A program made the position numbers and the translations under genes. 64,000 nucleotides of DNA. It comes from Octopus sinensis. Lineage: Eukaryota. The first letter of the stretch is position 1, and every line of letters begins with the position of its first letter. This document shows, in pieces, positions 37,863-54,943 of the stretch. The DNA is taken from the NCBI RefSeq assembly GCF_006345805.1, contig NC_043001.1, forward strand, positions 60,078,001-60,142,000. The letters run 5' to 3'. The notes under the pieces are model-generated. The model had not been told where the DNA came from. It worked only from the letters and a program-made list of their open reading frames with translations, and did no database searches.

Positions 37863-37874
37863 TATAATAATAAT

Positions 37875-39405
<1,531 letters not shown>

Positions 39406-39625
39406 GACCCAGCATGACCGCAGTCAAATGACTGAAACAGGCAAAAGAATAAGAGAATATATATATGTATGTATATATATATATATATGTTGGTTGCATG
39501 AGTGTGTTCTTGTGTCTGTTCATCTTAATAACACTAAACACTTGAGATGTTTGTTTGTGCCTGAAATATCTCAGAAATAGTATATTTTATATGAATTTGT
39601 ATAGCTTCTTTATTTTCATACTTAC

Positions 39626-39750
39626 CTTTAGCAGCGCAGTACAATTTTTTTTTTTTTTGATATTTCGACGTCTGTTTATTAATGAAAACGATTAAACAAT
39701 GTATGTTTGTTATTTCTTGACAAAAATCACATGGCTCCGTGACGTCAACA
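39626..39750 (-). promoter_or_regulatory. Candidate promoter and non-coding first exon (minus strand)
   Basis: Full CRE TGACGTCA at 39740-47, E-box CACATG at 39728-33, and donor AAG/GTAAGTAT starting at 39625. Confidence 0.25.
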
Positions 39751-40168
39751 CGATACCACCGACACATACAGATTACACACACATATAATGGATGTCTTGG
39801 CTTGTTAATCAACACGAACATCGGATTCCCTATCTGTGACATATACACGCACATAGTCTTCGCATTCTCTAAGGATAATAAAACTTCGACTTTCTGGCCT
39901 ACACAATATCTTAATCGTTTAGAAATATTTTCGACTGTTATTTGAAAAATATAATTTGTTTGTACTGTAAGTATTTATGTTTAATCTTTCTTTAACCAGA
40001 CAATATTTTAATGTTCTTTTAATTATTTTGAAGTAAATGGGGATCATTCGCTTTGACTGACAAAACTATCATCTGGGGTACGTTAATTATTATCTACTAT
40101 TATTTTAAAGGGAAAGAAAGGAGAAAGTTGAAGATGTATACACGTGTATATGAAATGGACGTGTGTAC

Positions 40169-40206
<38 letters not shown>

Positions 40207-40371
40207 GAGAAAGAGAGAGAGAGGAAGAGAGAAAAATGAGACAGAAGACTAGAGAGAAAGAAAAAGAAAGAATGAGTGAAGGGAGATGCTGTCATGTATA
40301 CGTACATATATCAATGCATATGCGTACATCTTTTTTTTTATGCACGCGTACATCTTTTTTATGCACGCGTA

Positions 40372-40402
<31 letters not shown>

Positions 40403-42469
40403 TTGAGTGAATGAACCTGTGTGTTCTCATGTATGTGTAAGTGGAACTGTATCTCTCTCTCTATCTCACTCACAAAAGCACACAGCCATTTCATATACAC
40501 GATCATACATCTTTCACTTCCTCCTCTCTTTCACTGTAAAACAAAAGCAAATAAATAAAACTTTGTTAGAGAAATTAACAAACAAAACCAGCTGATCTGG
40601 ATGACAGTTCTGAGAGACAAAGCGACAGTTATGAGAATCAATGCGAAAGATCGGTGCAAAGGAAACCATTACAAATAGTTTTTGGTGTGCATTCAAAGCA
40701 TCTCAGCTCCAAAGATTTAGCTGCTATTTCTAGCACACCCTGCTACTACGTAAAAGCTATCCGAAATAAAGGACCCGAAATAGGTGTTACGTGGTAGCAG
40801 GACGTGCAAGAAACAGTCGCCAAATCTTTCCTTTTCCAGTGAAAGGAGTCGGTTACGCGTGATTTGTATGTTATTTGTTGAAAGCATACGAAATTACCTG
40901 GTAAGAAAAATCGCCACGAAATAAACTCCGTTTTTGGAAAACCCAGACATTGTAGGTGACCCAACAGGTCACCATATATATATATATTGATGTAATGAAG
41001 AGTGTATGCACTTACAAATTGGTCTTAACAAAAATATGTTTTTACTACAATCGTATACGCGCAAATAAAATTCCTCGTAACTATCAAAATCAAAATAGAG
41101 ATCCACTTGAAAAAAAAAAACATATACCAAGTGAAAATAACTAACGCCCATACTAGAGTTATATCTAGCCATATAATATGTTGGGAGACAACAGATATAA
41201 GACAAAATACAAAGTCGATTTATAAAGGAATACATGATGATTTATATAAGAAACGGAAAGTGTTTCAAGAAGCATTAATAAAATATCTGATAAATCTTTT
41301 GCTTGGTAAAAAGTTAATCTATCAGCAAATGACGAAAGGAGTAGAAAACAAAAAAAAAAAAACAAGAAAAGTATGTCACAACACATAGAAGCGGATGATA
41401 ACATAGGGAGGAGATTAGTAATAAAAAAATTACCTAACAACCTGAATGAAAAATTATTGAAAACTGAAGTTAGAAAGATTTCATTGGGTTTAGATAATAT
41501 TAATGGATCAAAGGCATAAGAGAAATGCATATAATCTCTCTAAATCGCATATATTACAACACAGAAAAATAAGAAATATCATGACAGACATGGCAAAATG
41601 AAGCATCCATTCTAGAATAAATAATACACAGAATACAAAAGCAAATCGGCAGTTGATATGAAAGGAACGATTTCCTTAATCTACTGGAAATACATAGAAA
41701 TACCCTGGGGAAGTGTGTCCAGACGAACCAAAAAATTGCTTCAGCAGAAGCAAAGCAGCAACATGCTAAATAACTCAATTTATTCAGTCACGGTGAAAAT
41801 ATCTGATGAAACAGAGATTGGTTCTAATAAAGTCCCTCAATATGCCATACTGAAAAAAAGGAAAAATAAAGGAAGAAACTTGTCAATATATTATAGCAAA
41901 GCAGAAAACACAAACAAGAATACTAAATAGCAAATATCTGGAAGAAGATATTCGAGAAAGTAATGTTAACGCTTGGGAAAATGTAAGCTGCTAATCCTTT
42001 TAAAGAAGAGAAGTGTATTTGATAAAACTGGTGATATTCTTCGAAATCACGTTTATGAAGTAAACATGAAAAGTTTCTATGAGGTTGTAAATCATAAATA
42101 GTTTACAATTGAAGTTCCATAGCGTCACATAGAAATGAACTGTTATCGGGTGCTCAATCAACAACATCGCCTATTATTATTACGGCAATTAGAAGCAAAT
42201 CAGTATGTAGACTAAAACTTAGCAGCTCCAAAATAAGCTAATTTCAAAATTATTCTACGTAAATTATTCTACGTAAATTCCTCTCCACGTAAATGCAGTC
42301 TTACGCACTCTGATATTTTTTATCCCTCAGACATCAGAATTTTCAATTGTATGGTGCCTCACCTGTTTGCATTTTCAGATAAAATATTTCTTGTCCCTTA
42401 AAATCTATGGATCGGACATGATGATAACTCGTAAAAATTGCAGCAAAACCAAAACAAATGAAAATACTT

Positions 42470-42658
42470 TCTACTATAGGCACAATAGCTAAAATTTTGT
42501 GGGAGGGGGATAGCCGATTACATCAACTTCAATATTTCACTGGTACTTAAATTATCGATCCGAAAGAAGGAAAAGCAAAGTCGACCTCGGCGGAATTTGA
42601 ACTCAGAACGTAAAGGCAGACGAAATACCGCATATGATTCTGTCAGCTCCCCGCCTTC
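42470..42658 (-). mobile_element. CORE-type SINE
   Basis: Same motifs as the other copies. Confidence 0.75.
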
Positions 42659-42749
42659 CTGGAACAAACAGTAATAATATTCATAATTGATAACATTGAT
42701 AATTGACCTTAACTAGTTCAGAATGTACCTTGGTGCTAACAAAATGTCC

Positions 42750-43083
42750 ATCTCTGATCACGAGGAGAAGTATTAGCGAAAATTCATAGCCATGCGTTGA
42801 GAAGAATTCCTTGGTGCTTGAATAATTTAACTCTGGAAGCAGGGACGTCTCAACATCCTTAAATAACCCTCATTCAGTGATCTTTTGAGCGGGATGGGCT
42901 ACTCGACCTGGAGAAAATTCTAACTGGGTCGCACCTACAAGGTCATGTGCTGATTATCTAGATATGAAATCACTATGTCGGGCACATATGATTGTAATGC
43001 CTGTGCATGGTGTATCCTTATCAGACGGGTAGCCATGATGGCATATTGGGCGTGTTTCATGGTATGCGCTGCTATCTCTCTCA
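42750..43083 (+). repeat. Interspersed repeat, second copy at ~50040-50340
   Basis: Shared GGAATT..TTGGT...CTCTGGAA...CATCCTTAAA...AAAATTCTAACT.GG..CACCT.CAAG; ends in (TAA)n. Confidence 0.65.
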
Positions 43084-43115
43084 ATAATAATAATAATGAT
43101 AACAACAACAACAGC

Positions 43116-43235
<120 letters not shown>

Positions 43236-43699
43236 CTCCGCGCTGGATATCAACATGGATGTGCTACACCGAGCTCTCCATTCAAAACAAATGAAATCTA
43301 ATAACATCGGTGAAATGGGATTAAAGAACCCCTGGAAGACTTGAACGAAACGGTCTTTTAACGAAAATAATCACAAAAACCAAATTTTACTGCCATACAA
43401 ACATCAGAAAATTTACTAAATATAGAATATAAATAAAACAAATTAGTAAGTACATACATTGATTAATTACGCATACACTCGCATGTCTACACAAATATAT
43501 ATGCATTTTAATACCCATAGGATTAATATACATCCTGATTTTTACCCAACTACGGGAAATTTATAGGACACACATACACGCATATGAAAACACGTGTGAG
43601 AAACGAAGGAAAGACAAAACAATGTTATATTTTTCGACATAACACAGACAAAATGAACACTACACAACTTTAAAAACACCACAAAAAAACTATACCCAG

Positions 43700-46587
43700 A
43701 GATAAATCTATCAAAAACTTACAGACAAATACAGATCTTTTAGCAATAAGAAGCTACGTTACGTGCAATGTTTTCATTCAAAGAACTAAGAGGTGACAAT
43801 GTCTCAAAACATTAACCCTAAACAAACAGATCCGCCCCATAATGTCAACGTCCAAGCTCGTCATGCCTCAGTGATAACAAAGCAAAGTAAAAACCAGATA
43901 GGGCGCACCCGGATCATCAAGGACCACGTGCTGGAATGATGAACCAGGTTGGGTACAAAAAAATCAGTTACTGGTTCAAATCTTCCCAAAGCAGAGGAAC
44001 TAGAAGTGCCACACAACCGGAATATTCCAACAGAGGGCCGTTCTTGCTCGTCATCAAATAGCCAAAAGAAAAAGTTTAAAATGATTTAGAGGAGATAATA
44101 CAAGTTCTTGAGGCCTTATGCCATGTATTTCCCCATAAATAAATATAATAATGTAGAAACCTACTTAAAATGGAGACATTAACACCTTGAAGAGAACCCT
44201 ACATAGACAGAAGAGAACTTGCCAACGTCAGAAGAAATATTGTGAAAAAGAAATTACTAACAGAATTAGAGATGACCAGATTAAACAATCAGTAAGTGAT
44301 AAAAGGAACGAAGTTGCATCTAAAGAAGCTACTACAGATAAAATAATTATAGACCAACTCAGGTCTAATGAAAATGCAATAATAATTGAAAGAGTTAATG
44401 CAACGTGAAGTAATCTATGAAACAACATTAGGGCAAATGAACCATCATTAAACACTGAGGCAGATGAAAATCAGATAGATGAAGAAAGTCACACAGAAAT
44501 TACCAAACAGAACAACCTGATCTAAAAAATTAAATCATGATTGAATGGCTGAAAATTAAAGAAACCAGTATGAATGAACGCGACACTCTCTCAAAAAATC
44601 GCAATTCTAACCAACACGGAATAATAGTTGATAAGATCCGCCTTGAACTTAAGGATATAATTTCATCTAATGATGTTGATATTACTTTTCTCTGTCGCCT
44701 GTAATATGCATCCGTGAAAATCTCAACGATTCTATGTGGTGAAAAGATTAGAAAACGACAACATTCCCACAAAAGCCTGCTTTGAGAGTATTCAACGCCA
44801 AATTCAGCTACTTGATTTTGACAAGACTATCAAACCAACAAAAATCCGAAAATTTAATAAAAGGTATATGAAAACCATACTTGACATCGATACCACCATA
44901 GAAACTATCAAACAAAAAGTATATGTTAAAGCTGCCCGCATAGCAAGGTATGAAAAGCACGTTAGATTCTTCAAGGGCAACAACATGTTCAAAAAATAAC
45001 CCAGAACATTGTTACAAGAAGACAGGGAAAATACAAGTTACAGTAAAGTCTGTCTCATCAAAAGAACAGCAGGAATTTTGGAATAAAATTTGAGCAGAAG
45101 AAAACACACAATGAAAAGGCTCCTTGGATTGATAGAATATCTACAGACTAAGACTCCTTAGAAGAGTAAAAGTGGGAGGTTATGAAGGTAGAGGATTTAA
45201 GATCTACTCTAAGGAGGTCAAATCAATGGAATTCTCCAGGAAAGTATAAAATTCTTAACTTCTAGCTGAATGCATTCTCAGAAAGCCGTGAAATGCTACC
45301 GAAATTTTACAAGAATGTTTTGCAACAACCTGCCAGTATTTCATCTTGGCTATTTAATGGTGTATCATTCCTACTTCCCCACAAAAAATGGAAAAACAAA
45401 TGAACAAAAATTATAGACACATAACCTGCTTAACAAGTATGTATAAAATGCTAACATCTGTCTTGCTCAATATACCTATAATATTTTAATAGAAAGTGGC
45501 ATATTCCATAATGAGCAAAAATGATGCAAAAGTGGATCCTATGGTCGTAAACATCAGCTGCTCATTACTAAGGTGATCGCAAACGACACAAACTCTTGTC
45601 GATAGCCTGCATAGATTATAAAACAAAAACCCTTACATGTTTGCATCTCTCCACTGGTTCTAACTCCCTTTAAGTCATTCTACTGCTTTTGATAGTCTAC
45701 CACATAGCTGGATTTAATCTGGAAATGTATAAAATAGCACCTACTTCTACTCTGCGAAAGTTCTTGTCAGTGAGCATGAGATCATGAAGAACGACTCTGA
45801 CTTTCAACAGTGACACTGAATCTCTCAATGCAGGAGATATAAGAATTTCATGTGCCCGTCTCCAAGGTGACTCTTTCACCACTCCTCTTTTGTCTAGCCT
45901 TAATGCCACTCTCGGCTATAAAATGTTTGATAAAAATATAAATCATCTCATTTACATGACCAACAACTTCAGGGCTTACTAGCGATTGTTAAACAATTCG
46001 GTGATGACATCAGGATGCAATCTGGCCTCGATAAATGTGCAAACGCTACCTTTGTCAAAGGAAAAATGACAGAATCATCCAATATTAATCTTGACCAGTA
46101 GAATGACTTAAAGGGAGTTAGAACCAGTGGAGAGATGCAAACATGTAAGGGTATTTGAAGGGGACGGGATCAAACAATCAGTGATGAGGGAAATGATCAG
46201 AAGAGAATGTTATCAAAGTGTAATATTCAAGACAGAGCTGAATGCAAGAAACAGGATCGAAGCGAGATTAAAGCGAGAACTGTTCCTGTTATTGTGAGTG
46301 CCCTGGGTATGATAAGAAAGAGATGTCAGAAACTTCAAGATAATATCCCAGGAGAACTATGTATCAGAGCAACTGAACGAATTGTGCTGACAAGTACTGC
46401 CCTCATCATTAGAAAAACCCCATCAATATAAATGTGAGTTGTATTCCATGAAGATATTTCGCTACTCTCGCTGCCACTTCCCCTCCCAAACTTTCAGTCT
46501 TACTGTAACATATTTTGTCCTTCACTTACCGTAGGACGCTCGGTATGTCTCGGCACGTGATTGTAACAAGCATGCAGATTGAAAGTA
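43700..46587 (+). mobile_element. Old R4/Dong LINE, heavily mutated
   Basis: QKVYVKAARIARYEK...FFKGNNMFK, IDYK..FDSLPHSW, QGDS.SPLLFCLAL; REL end VPVIVSALG; 3' UTR ends in (TAA)n. Confidence 0.8.
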
Positions 46588-46689
46588 AATAATAATAATA
46601 ATAATGATAATAATAATAATAATAATAATAATGAATAATAATAATAATAATAATGATAATAATAATAATAATAATAATGATAATAATAA

Positions 46690-48532
<1,843 letters not shown>

Positions 48533-48533
48533 C

Positions 48534-48627
<94 letters not shown>

Positions 48628-48649
48628 CGACGACAACAACAACAACAAC

Positions 48650-48705
<56 letters not shown>

Positions 48706-48707
<2 letters not shown>

Positions 48708-49853
48708 CATCACCCAAAATCTGACATAGAAAGACTATATATACAACGTATAGAAGGTGGTAGAGGCCTTATACAGCTGGAAAACTAATATAAAATAACC
48801 ACCTGCAAAAATATCTACTTCAGAAGGAAGGAAAACTGACCCAGATAGCGGCAAAACACGAGCAAAGCAAAAAAAAGTTCTCAGTATTTAAGGAAGCTGA
48901 CAAATACAAGCAAGAAATCATACCACCTAATAAACATGAAGAAGAAGAAGAAGTTGAAGAAACAACAAAAGCTATAAAACAAATGAAATCCAAACTAAAA
49001 ATAGAACAGCAACGAACCATGATAAAACGATGGCAAGAAATACTGGACTAAACTAAACGCAAAAGAAATAGACAAAGAAAAATCCCAGCAATGGTTGAGA
49101 AGCTCAGGACTCAAAGCAGAGACAGAGGGATTTTTAATTGGAGCACAAGACCAAAGCCTCCCCACCAGAAATTACCAAAAACATGTAATGAAAAGAAATA
49201 TTACAAGTAACAGCAGAATAATAAATCATATTATCCCTGGCTGCCCAGTCCTGGCTAAGAAGGAATATATTCACAGACACGACAGAGTTGGAACCTACAT
49301 ACATTGGAATCTATGCCAACATTATGGAATAACAACAGAAAAAAGATGGTATAGGCACACACCAGAAAAGGTCACAGAAAACGAGAAAGCAACCATACTC
49401 TGGGATATGCCGATACACACAGATAGAGAAATTAAGGCCAACAGACCAGATATAGTTGTCAGAGATCATGAAGAAAAAAAATGCTTACTAATTGATGTAT
49501 CAATACCGACTGATGACAACGTGTCTCTAAAAGAAATGGAGAAACTCTCAAAATACAAAGACCTGGAAATAGAGGTAACTAGAATGTGGAATCTGAAAAC
49601 AGAAACAATTCCTATCATAGTAGGTGCATTAGGCATGATAAAAAATATTCAGACAAATACATAACAAAAACACCAGGACTTACAAACACATATAACATAC
49701 GGAAAATTGCACTGCTATGCACTGCACACATCCTACGCAGAACACTTTCCATACAATAACCATCAGAGCATCACAACAAATCACAGCACATACCCAAGGC
49801 ACACAGAGCTGTGCTCGGTAGTGAAGTGAAAGCACGCTATAAAAATAAAACTA

Positions 49854-49857
<4 letters not shown>
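48706..49857 (+). mobile_element. 5'-truncated R4/Dong LINE between (TAA)n arrays
   Basis: MHHPKSDIERLY...GGRGL; REL endonuclease RPDIVVRD...LIDVSIP...KYKDL in ORF 49095-49664; 3' UTR like 48330-48428. Confidence 0.88.
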
Positions 49858-49897
<40 letters not shown>

Positions 49898-50339
49898 GGC
49901 AGTGACTGTCATAGCTCTTGGTCTTAAATGATTGGTAGTGTTATCATATAAATTGTTTTGCTTTGGTATAAAAGACTAGCTACAGCAATTATTCTGCTCA
50001 ATTCCACAGATTTACTTGTCAGTTATTTCACCTTAACCAGCTGAGCATCTCATTTAATGGCTTACGATATGTGCATCTTTGATCACCAGCAGAAGTAGTT
50101 GGGGAGCATCATAGCTGAGTGTTGAGAGGAATTTTGGTGGGGTTGAAAAATTCACCTCTGGAAACGTGGATGTTTCGTTCATCATCCTTAAACAAATCTC
50201 ATTTAGGGACCTTTTGATCGGGATAGGTTACTCAGCCTAAAGAAAATTCTAACTAGGACTCACCTGCAAGCTCATAAATTGTAATCCAGTATCACTTTGA
50301 TGGCATAAGCTGTTGTCTCATAAAATAATTATAATAATT

Positions 50340-52235
50340 TAACAACAGACACCTCCTAAAGAATGGGAGTTACACCTCAAGATGACCTAGGAATCCCACA
50401 TATCTTGGTTACCCCGATCGTCAGAGGCACCCCAATAGGTGCCTTTCTCCATCTCACCTCCTCCAGCTTACAATCGTATGTTCAGTTTAGGCCCTTTCAC
50501 GCGAGCCATCCTCGCCACACTCACCCACCTTTCAACAAAAATATACTGATGTGGGAAGTACTCTCATCTCCACCCTCACTTTCTTTTACAAGTGGAAATT
50601 GAAAAGTCGAGAAGGCTTGGCCGAAGAGGAATGAACCCATCTTCACTATTTTCAACCTCTACCACCCCACTAGCTCTTTCGCTATAGCCACCAGTAAAAG
50701 GAAAAACTGCCCTCCTTTTCAGACAAAAGAAGGCGGTGGGATGAGCTTCTACCTTGAATTGGCTGCTAACCGGGTCCGTCCTAAGCGCGTCAACAGCAGT
50801 TCGACAAAGCGCCACATATCAACAATGCTCAGATGCTGGACGTGTGCATGCAGTACGGTTTCCTCACTCTGCGCACATCTCTGACAGCACTTCCGTGCCT
50901 CTAGAGCTTGTCCTAAACCGGAAGGGCTCTCCGGTAGCACTACCAAACCAGAGATTTATGGAAATTATTTTTAGGCACCTGCCAAGAAATCATCCAATGA
51001 AGACCAGTTAATTAATCTTTCTCGACGCCAAGCATTTTTCCGAGGTCTTTGCCGCCCGCCCCCTTGACCACCATTAATCCCCTATAGAACTCCAAAGGCG
51101 AAACTACCAACAATCGCATTAGCTGACTGTTAACAGGCTGTGTGCGCTTGCCGGCACCCCAGTTGCGATGCGCCCTTTTTCAATCTTGATCCAGGACTGT
51201 AACTCCGACAAAGAAACAAGCTGTGGAAAATAATATCTGACAAACAGTGACCATGCCTGCTTAGTGTTACGAAATGTAATGAAATATCACAAACCCAGCC
51301 CATACTGTGAATCATTTGCCACGGCATGCCCATACCTCCAGTCAGACGCTGTTGACAGCAGATGGTCCCTCTAACGCGCGAAATACGTCACTTCCATAGA
51401 AACGGATGAGCAAGCGCTCCAGATTCATCAGCCATGAAACTAGGGCAAATGACAACAGTCTGGCGGTAGTAGATGACGGAAGTGACGTTCGCATTCGCCA
51501 CCTCCACCTACCCCTCAAAGACATCTTCCTCTCTGCGCACTTCTGGGTGAGATTGACTTACCTGCTTGTCACCTAACCCCAGTTGCTGAAGGTTCGGATC
51601 AAATCAGACTGTGGAATTTAAATTGTCCTTTATCCCTACAATGCTCTCGCCTGGCATGGACCTGTCCTTCTAGGTGTCCAGCTGCAGGCATTCGGCACTT
51701 GTACTGAATAAACTTTGTTCCTATCACCGCTTCCTACTTCTTTTAGTTAGGTCTATCACCTAGATTTCAGAGATGTCCGATAGTATTATGGTGATGTCTG
51801 CGCAAGCTGGAACGAATCATCCGCATCTTAGTTCAAGCGGAATATACCCATTTTCCTTAGTAATGGCTCGAGAGCTAGCGCGTGCGAGACGGACTAAGCG
51901 ACCGGTGCTAAATGATTCCGATTGGTGGGCGTTTATTTTGATTACCGAACAGATGTTGCTGTACATTGCAGCGATCTACCCTACTAAAACCGGGACCAAA
52001 TCCGGCCGCCACGTAGACAGCCTCCAAGTATTGATGATCAACCTTATCAAAAGCTTTTGATTGATCCACTGTGTCATGTTCCTTCCGCATGCTCACCCGT
52101 GTCATGTTCCACCTGTGTTATTTTCCATCCGTACCCTTCCTGTGATATAGTGCGTGAGGTGGAGGTTGTATTGGCTAGAGATCTTCGGGATAACGCATGT
52201 CTGTTACTTGTCTGTAGGCCTACAAATTACTCTAT
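50340..52235 (-). mobile_element. Second Tx1-like LINE, 5'-truncated and decayed, retaining RT remnants
   Basis: QTCVIP...YNLHL, DQSKAFDKVDH, decayed YADD (ACAD-ITI), GMPW, CQRCAQSEETVLHA. Confidence 0.82.
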
Positions 52236-52607
52236 CTAGTTACCATCTGGAAGACTCGATACTATTGGCCCATGTCTTGAACACTGAAATTACCGTAAAT
52301 TGCTTAGCTCTTGAGATATACTGAATGTTCTGCTTTATTTCTTTCAGCACCTCATCCACGCCTGTTTGACTAGCTGTCTCCGGCAGTGTTGTGTTTATAT
52401 AAATATATTTATGCATAAAAGTCCCTTTGCGCGTTTCAGCTAACATCACGTGGGCTGGAATTGCTTTGTCAACCAGCGATAGTTTATGCTTATTCAATTT
52501 GGTCCCTTGAGCCACATGTACGTGAAATATCACATTAAACAGCTTAGTGCTAACAGTTCTGCCAGCTCGCCACCTTCGAATAATGATAATAATAATAATA
52601 ATAGTAA

Positions 52608-52644
<37 letters not shown>

Positions 52645-52656
52645 GGTGGTGTGGTG

Positions 52657-52718
<62 letters not shown>

Positions 52719-52724
52719 TGTTGT

Positions 52725-54319
52725 TGTTGTACTGAAAATGGTACACCCCATGGGAAAAAGTTGTATGACAGAGCTACTATAAGTTAGACATTCAGTCGTT
52801 TGAAAAGGTCAGTAGTAGTAAAGTTGTTGTACGAGTTCTCAGTTGAAGTCAGTGTCAGTTACGTGTTATATACATGTTCGAGTCACCGTAAACGTTGATG
52901 TTTCAAAGTCATTGTCTTGTGAACCTATCAGCGATAGCACGATAGACGAGTCAAAGATGCTATTACACGGAATACCACCATAACATAATAGTTGAGACAA
53001 GAATTGTATAGTGCCAATAATAACACACAAGTGGACAAGAATCCACAGTAAAACAGTATAACAGTGGCGATCACGATATAAACAATTGACGCGGACAACG
53101 TTGAAAAAAAAATTATTTCACGAGAAAATATACAATTCCCGCAAACGTGGTTGAAAAAATTTTCAGATGGAGAAATTAAAAATTCGAGAGAGGAGTAACA
53201 AGCATATTTGTTGTACATATATCAAAAAAAAACTCCGAAAAATAACGGTAAACTTTTGAGAAGGTCTAGTTGCGTTGCAAAATCAGCACCAACAATAACT
53301 CAAAGAACAAGAACAACAACAATTGTTACAGTAACAAATGCTACTACAATGAAATTGCTAACCAAACCGGAAAATACGTTTTCGCCAGACAATGTAGCAA
53401 ATGCAATAAATGCATTTAAATATAACCCAGAAGATGGAGTCACCTTCGAGGCATATTACCGTAGATTTGAACAAATTTACAGAAAAGAATGCCAGGACTA
53501 GACAGACGAAATGAAAACAAGTCTAATTCTGAAGAAACTGGCGACGATAGAGCACGAAACATACTGTAACTTTATATTGCCTAAAAAAAAATTTCTGACG
53601 TAAATTTCACGGACACAATTGACATTTTATGTAGGGTGTTTAGGGAAAGATCAACGTTTTTCAACACACGTTGGCAGTGTTGGAACACTGAGAAAAGCGA
53701 TGACGAAGACTTTACCACATATGCGGATAAAGTGAACAGAGAGCGTGAGAGATTTAAACTAGATAAACAAACTCCAGACTGAATTTTGCTGAGCGACTTA
53801 CTGCTAAAAAGGCCGCAGAATTGACAACGAAAATTCTCGCAAAGCCGGAAATGAACTAGGATATAGCTATCGAGAAACTGCAAAAAAAGTATTATATGAT
53901 ATTATGAGTAAGACACGACACAAAGGAAATCCAACGTATAGATTGTTTACAGACAAAACCAGTGTAAAAGAGTCGGAAGTCGGATAAAGTGTTTCATAAA
54001 AAGCACGATATACAGCAGGAGATAAACCCGTGTATGACATGCAGTGGAAGGTACCCGAGAAAAGAGTGTTTGTTCAAAAACGCAAAGTATTTTTGTTGTG
54101 GGAACACAGGGCGCATACAAGATCAGTAGTAGTAGAGTCCTTGTACAAGTTCTCAGTTGGTGCCAGTGTCAATTACGTGTTATATTCGAGTTCGAGTTAC
54201 CATCAAGTTAGATACTTCGAAGTCATTCTCTTGCAGACCTATCAGTGATAGCACGATAGACGAGTCAAAGATAATAAGACGTGGATTGCCGCCTGAATAT
54301 AATAGTAGCGATAGTAACA
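52725..54319 (+). mobile_element. Ty3/gypsy-type LTR element, gag only (pol deleted)
   Basis: Diverged direct repeats 52809-52967 and 54123-54271; 5' LTR about TG(52725)..CA(52985). Confidence 0.75.
53340..54010 (+). pseudogene. gag remnant
   Basis: FKYNPEDGVTFEAYYRRFE...LKKL...EHETYCNFILPK...FNTRWQC...DFTTYADKVN, typical of invertebrate Ty3/gypsy gag. Confidence 0.8.
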
Positions 54320-54785
54320 TATAACATTATAACATCAACAACAACAATATAGTGATAAGGAAGGTGAATAAGAAAGAGGAAAGGAATTAGAAAAGAAGAG
54401 GATGAAGAGAGGACATAAATATGTACCACTACTTGTATATTCATATTACACCATGCATTTCCCAAACACATGCAATTTTGAATAGTCATGGATGGAAAAT
54501 ACATACAAAAGGAACCTGATACTACCAATAAAAGTAATAACTTATCAAATGTTTTAAACTTTGACGTGGTAAGTTTAAATAAAAAATGTTAGCGTGACAC
54601 CATATCATCAGTGAATCAAACGTAATCATTCTGAGTATACGAGCTGAGAATACTGCAATGAGATAAATAAGATTATGGGAATAACATACCTAGTGAGACA
54701 AGTTTTTACCGTCTATAAACACAACATATATAATCACACACATAAGCATATACAAATATATAAATGTGTGTGTATACATACATAC

Positions 54786-54820
<35 letters not shown>

Positions 54821-54908
54821 CATACATATATACATATATATATATACATATACATGTGTGTATATATACATATATATATGTGTGTGGATATATCTATATC
54901 TATCTATG

Positions 54909-54943
<35 letters not shown>

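Noticed and set aside
39617-39627. ATACTTACCT, identical to the U1 snRNA 5' end
   Set aside because: The following sequence is not U1; it is simply the reverse complement of a splice donor.
40560-41930. Possible LINE ORF1 remnant (RRLVIKKLPNNLNEKLLK...)
   Set aside because: Short, stop-ridden and without a diagnostic motif; cannot be supported without a search.
54600-54615. CTGATGA on the minus strand (hammerhead core or snoRNA box)
   Set aside because: No matching GAAA, stems or box partner.
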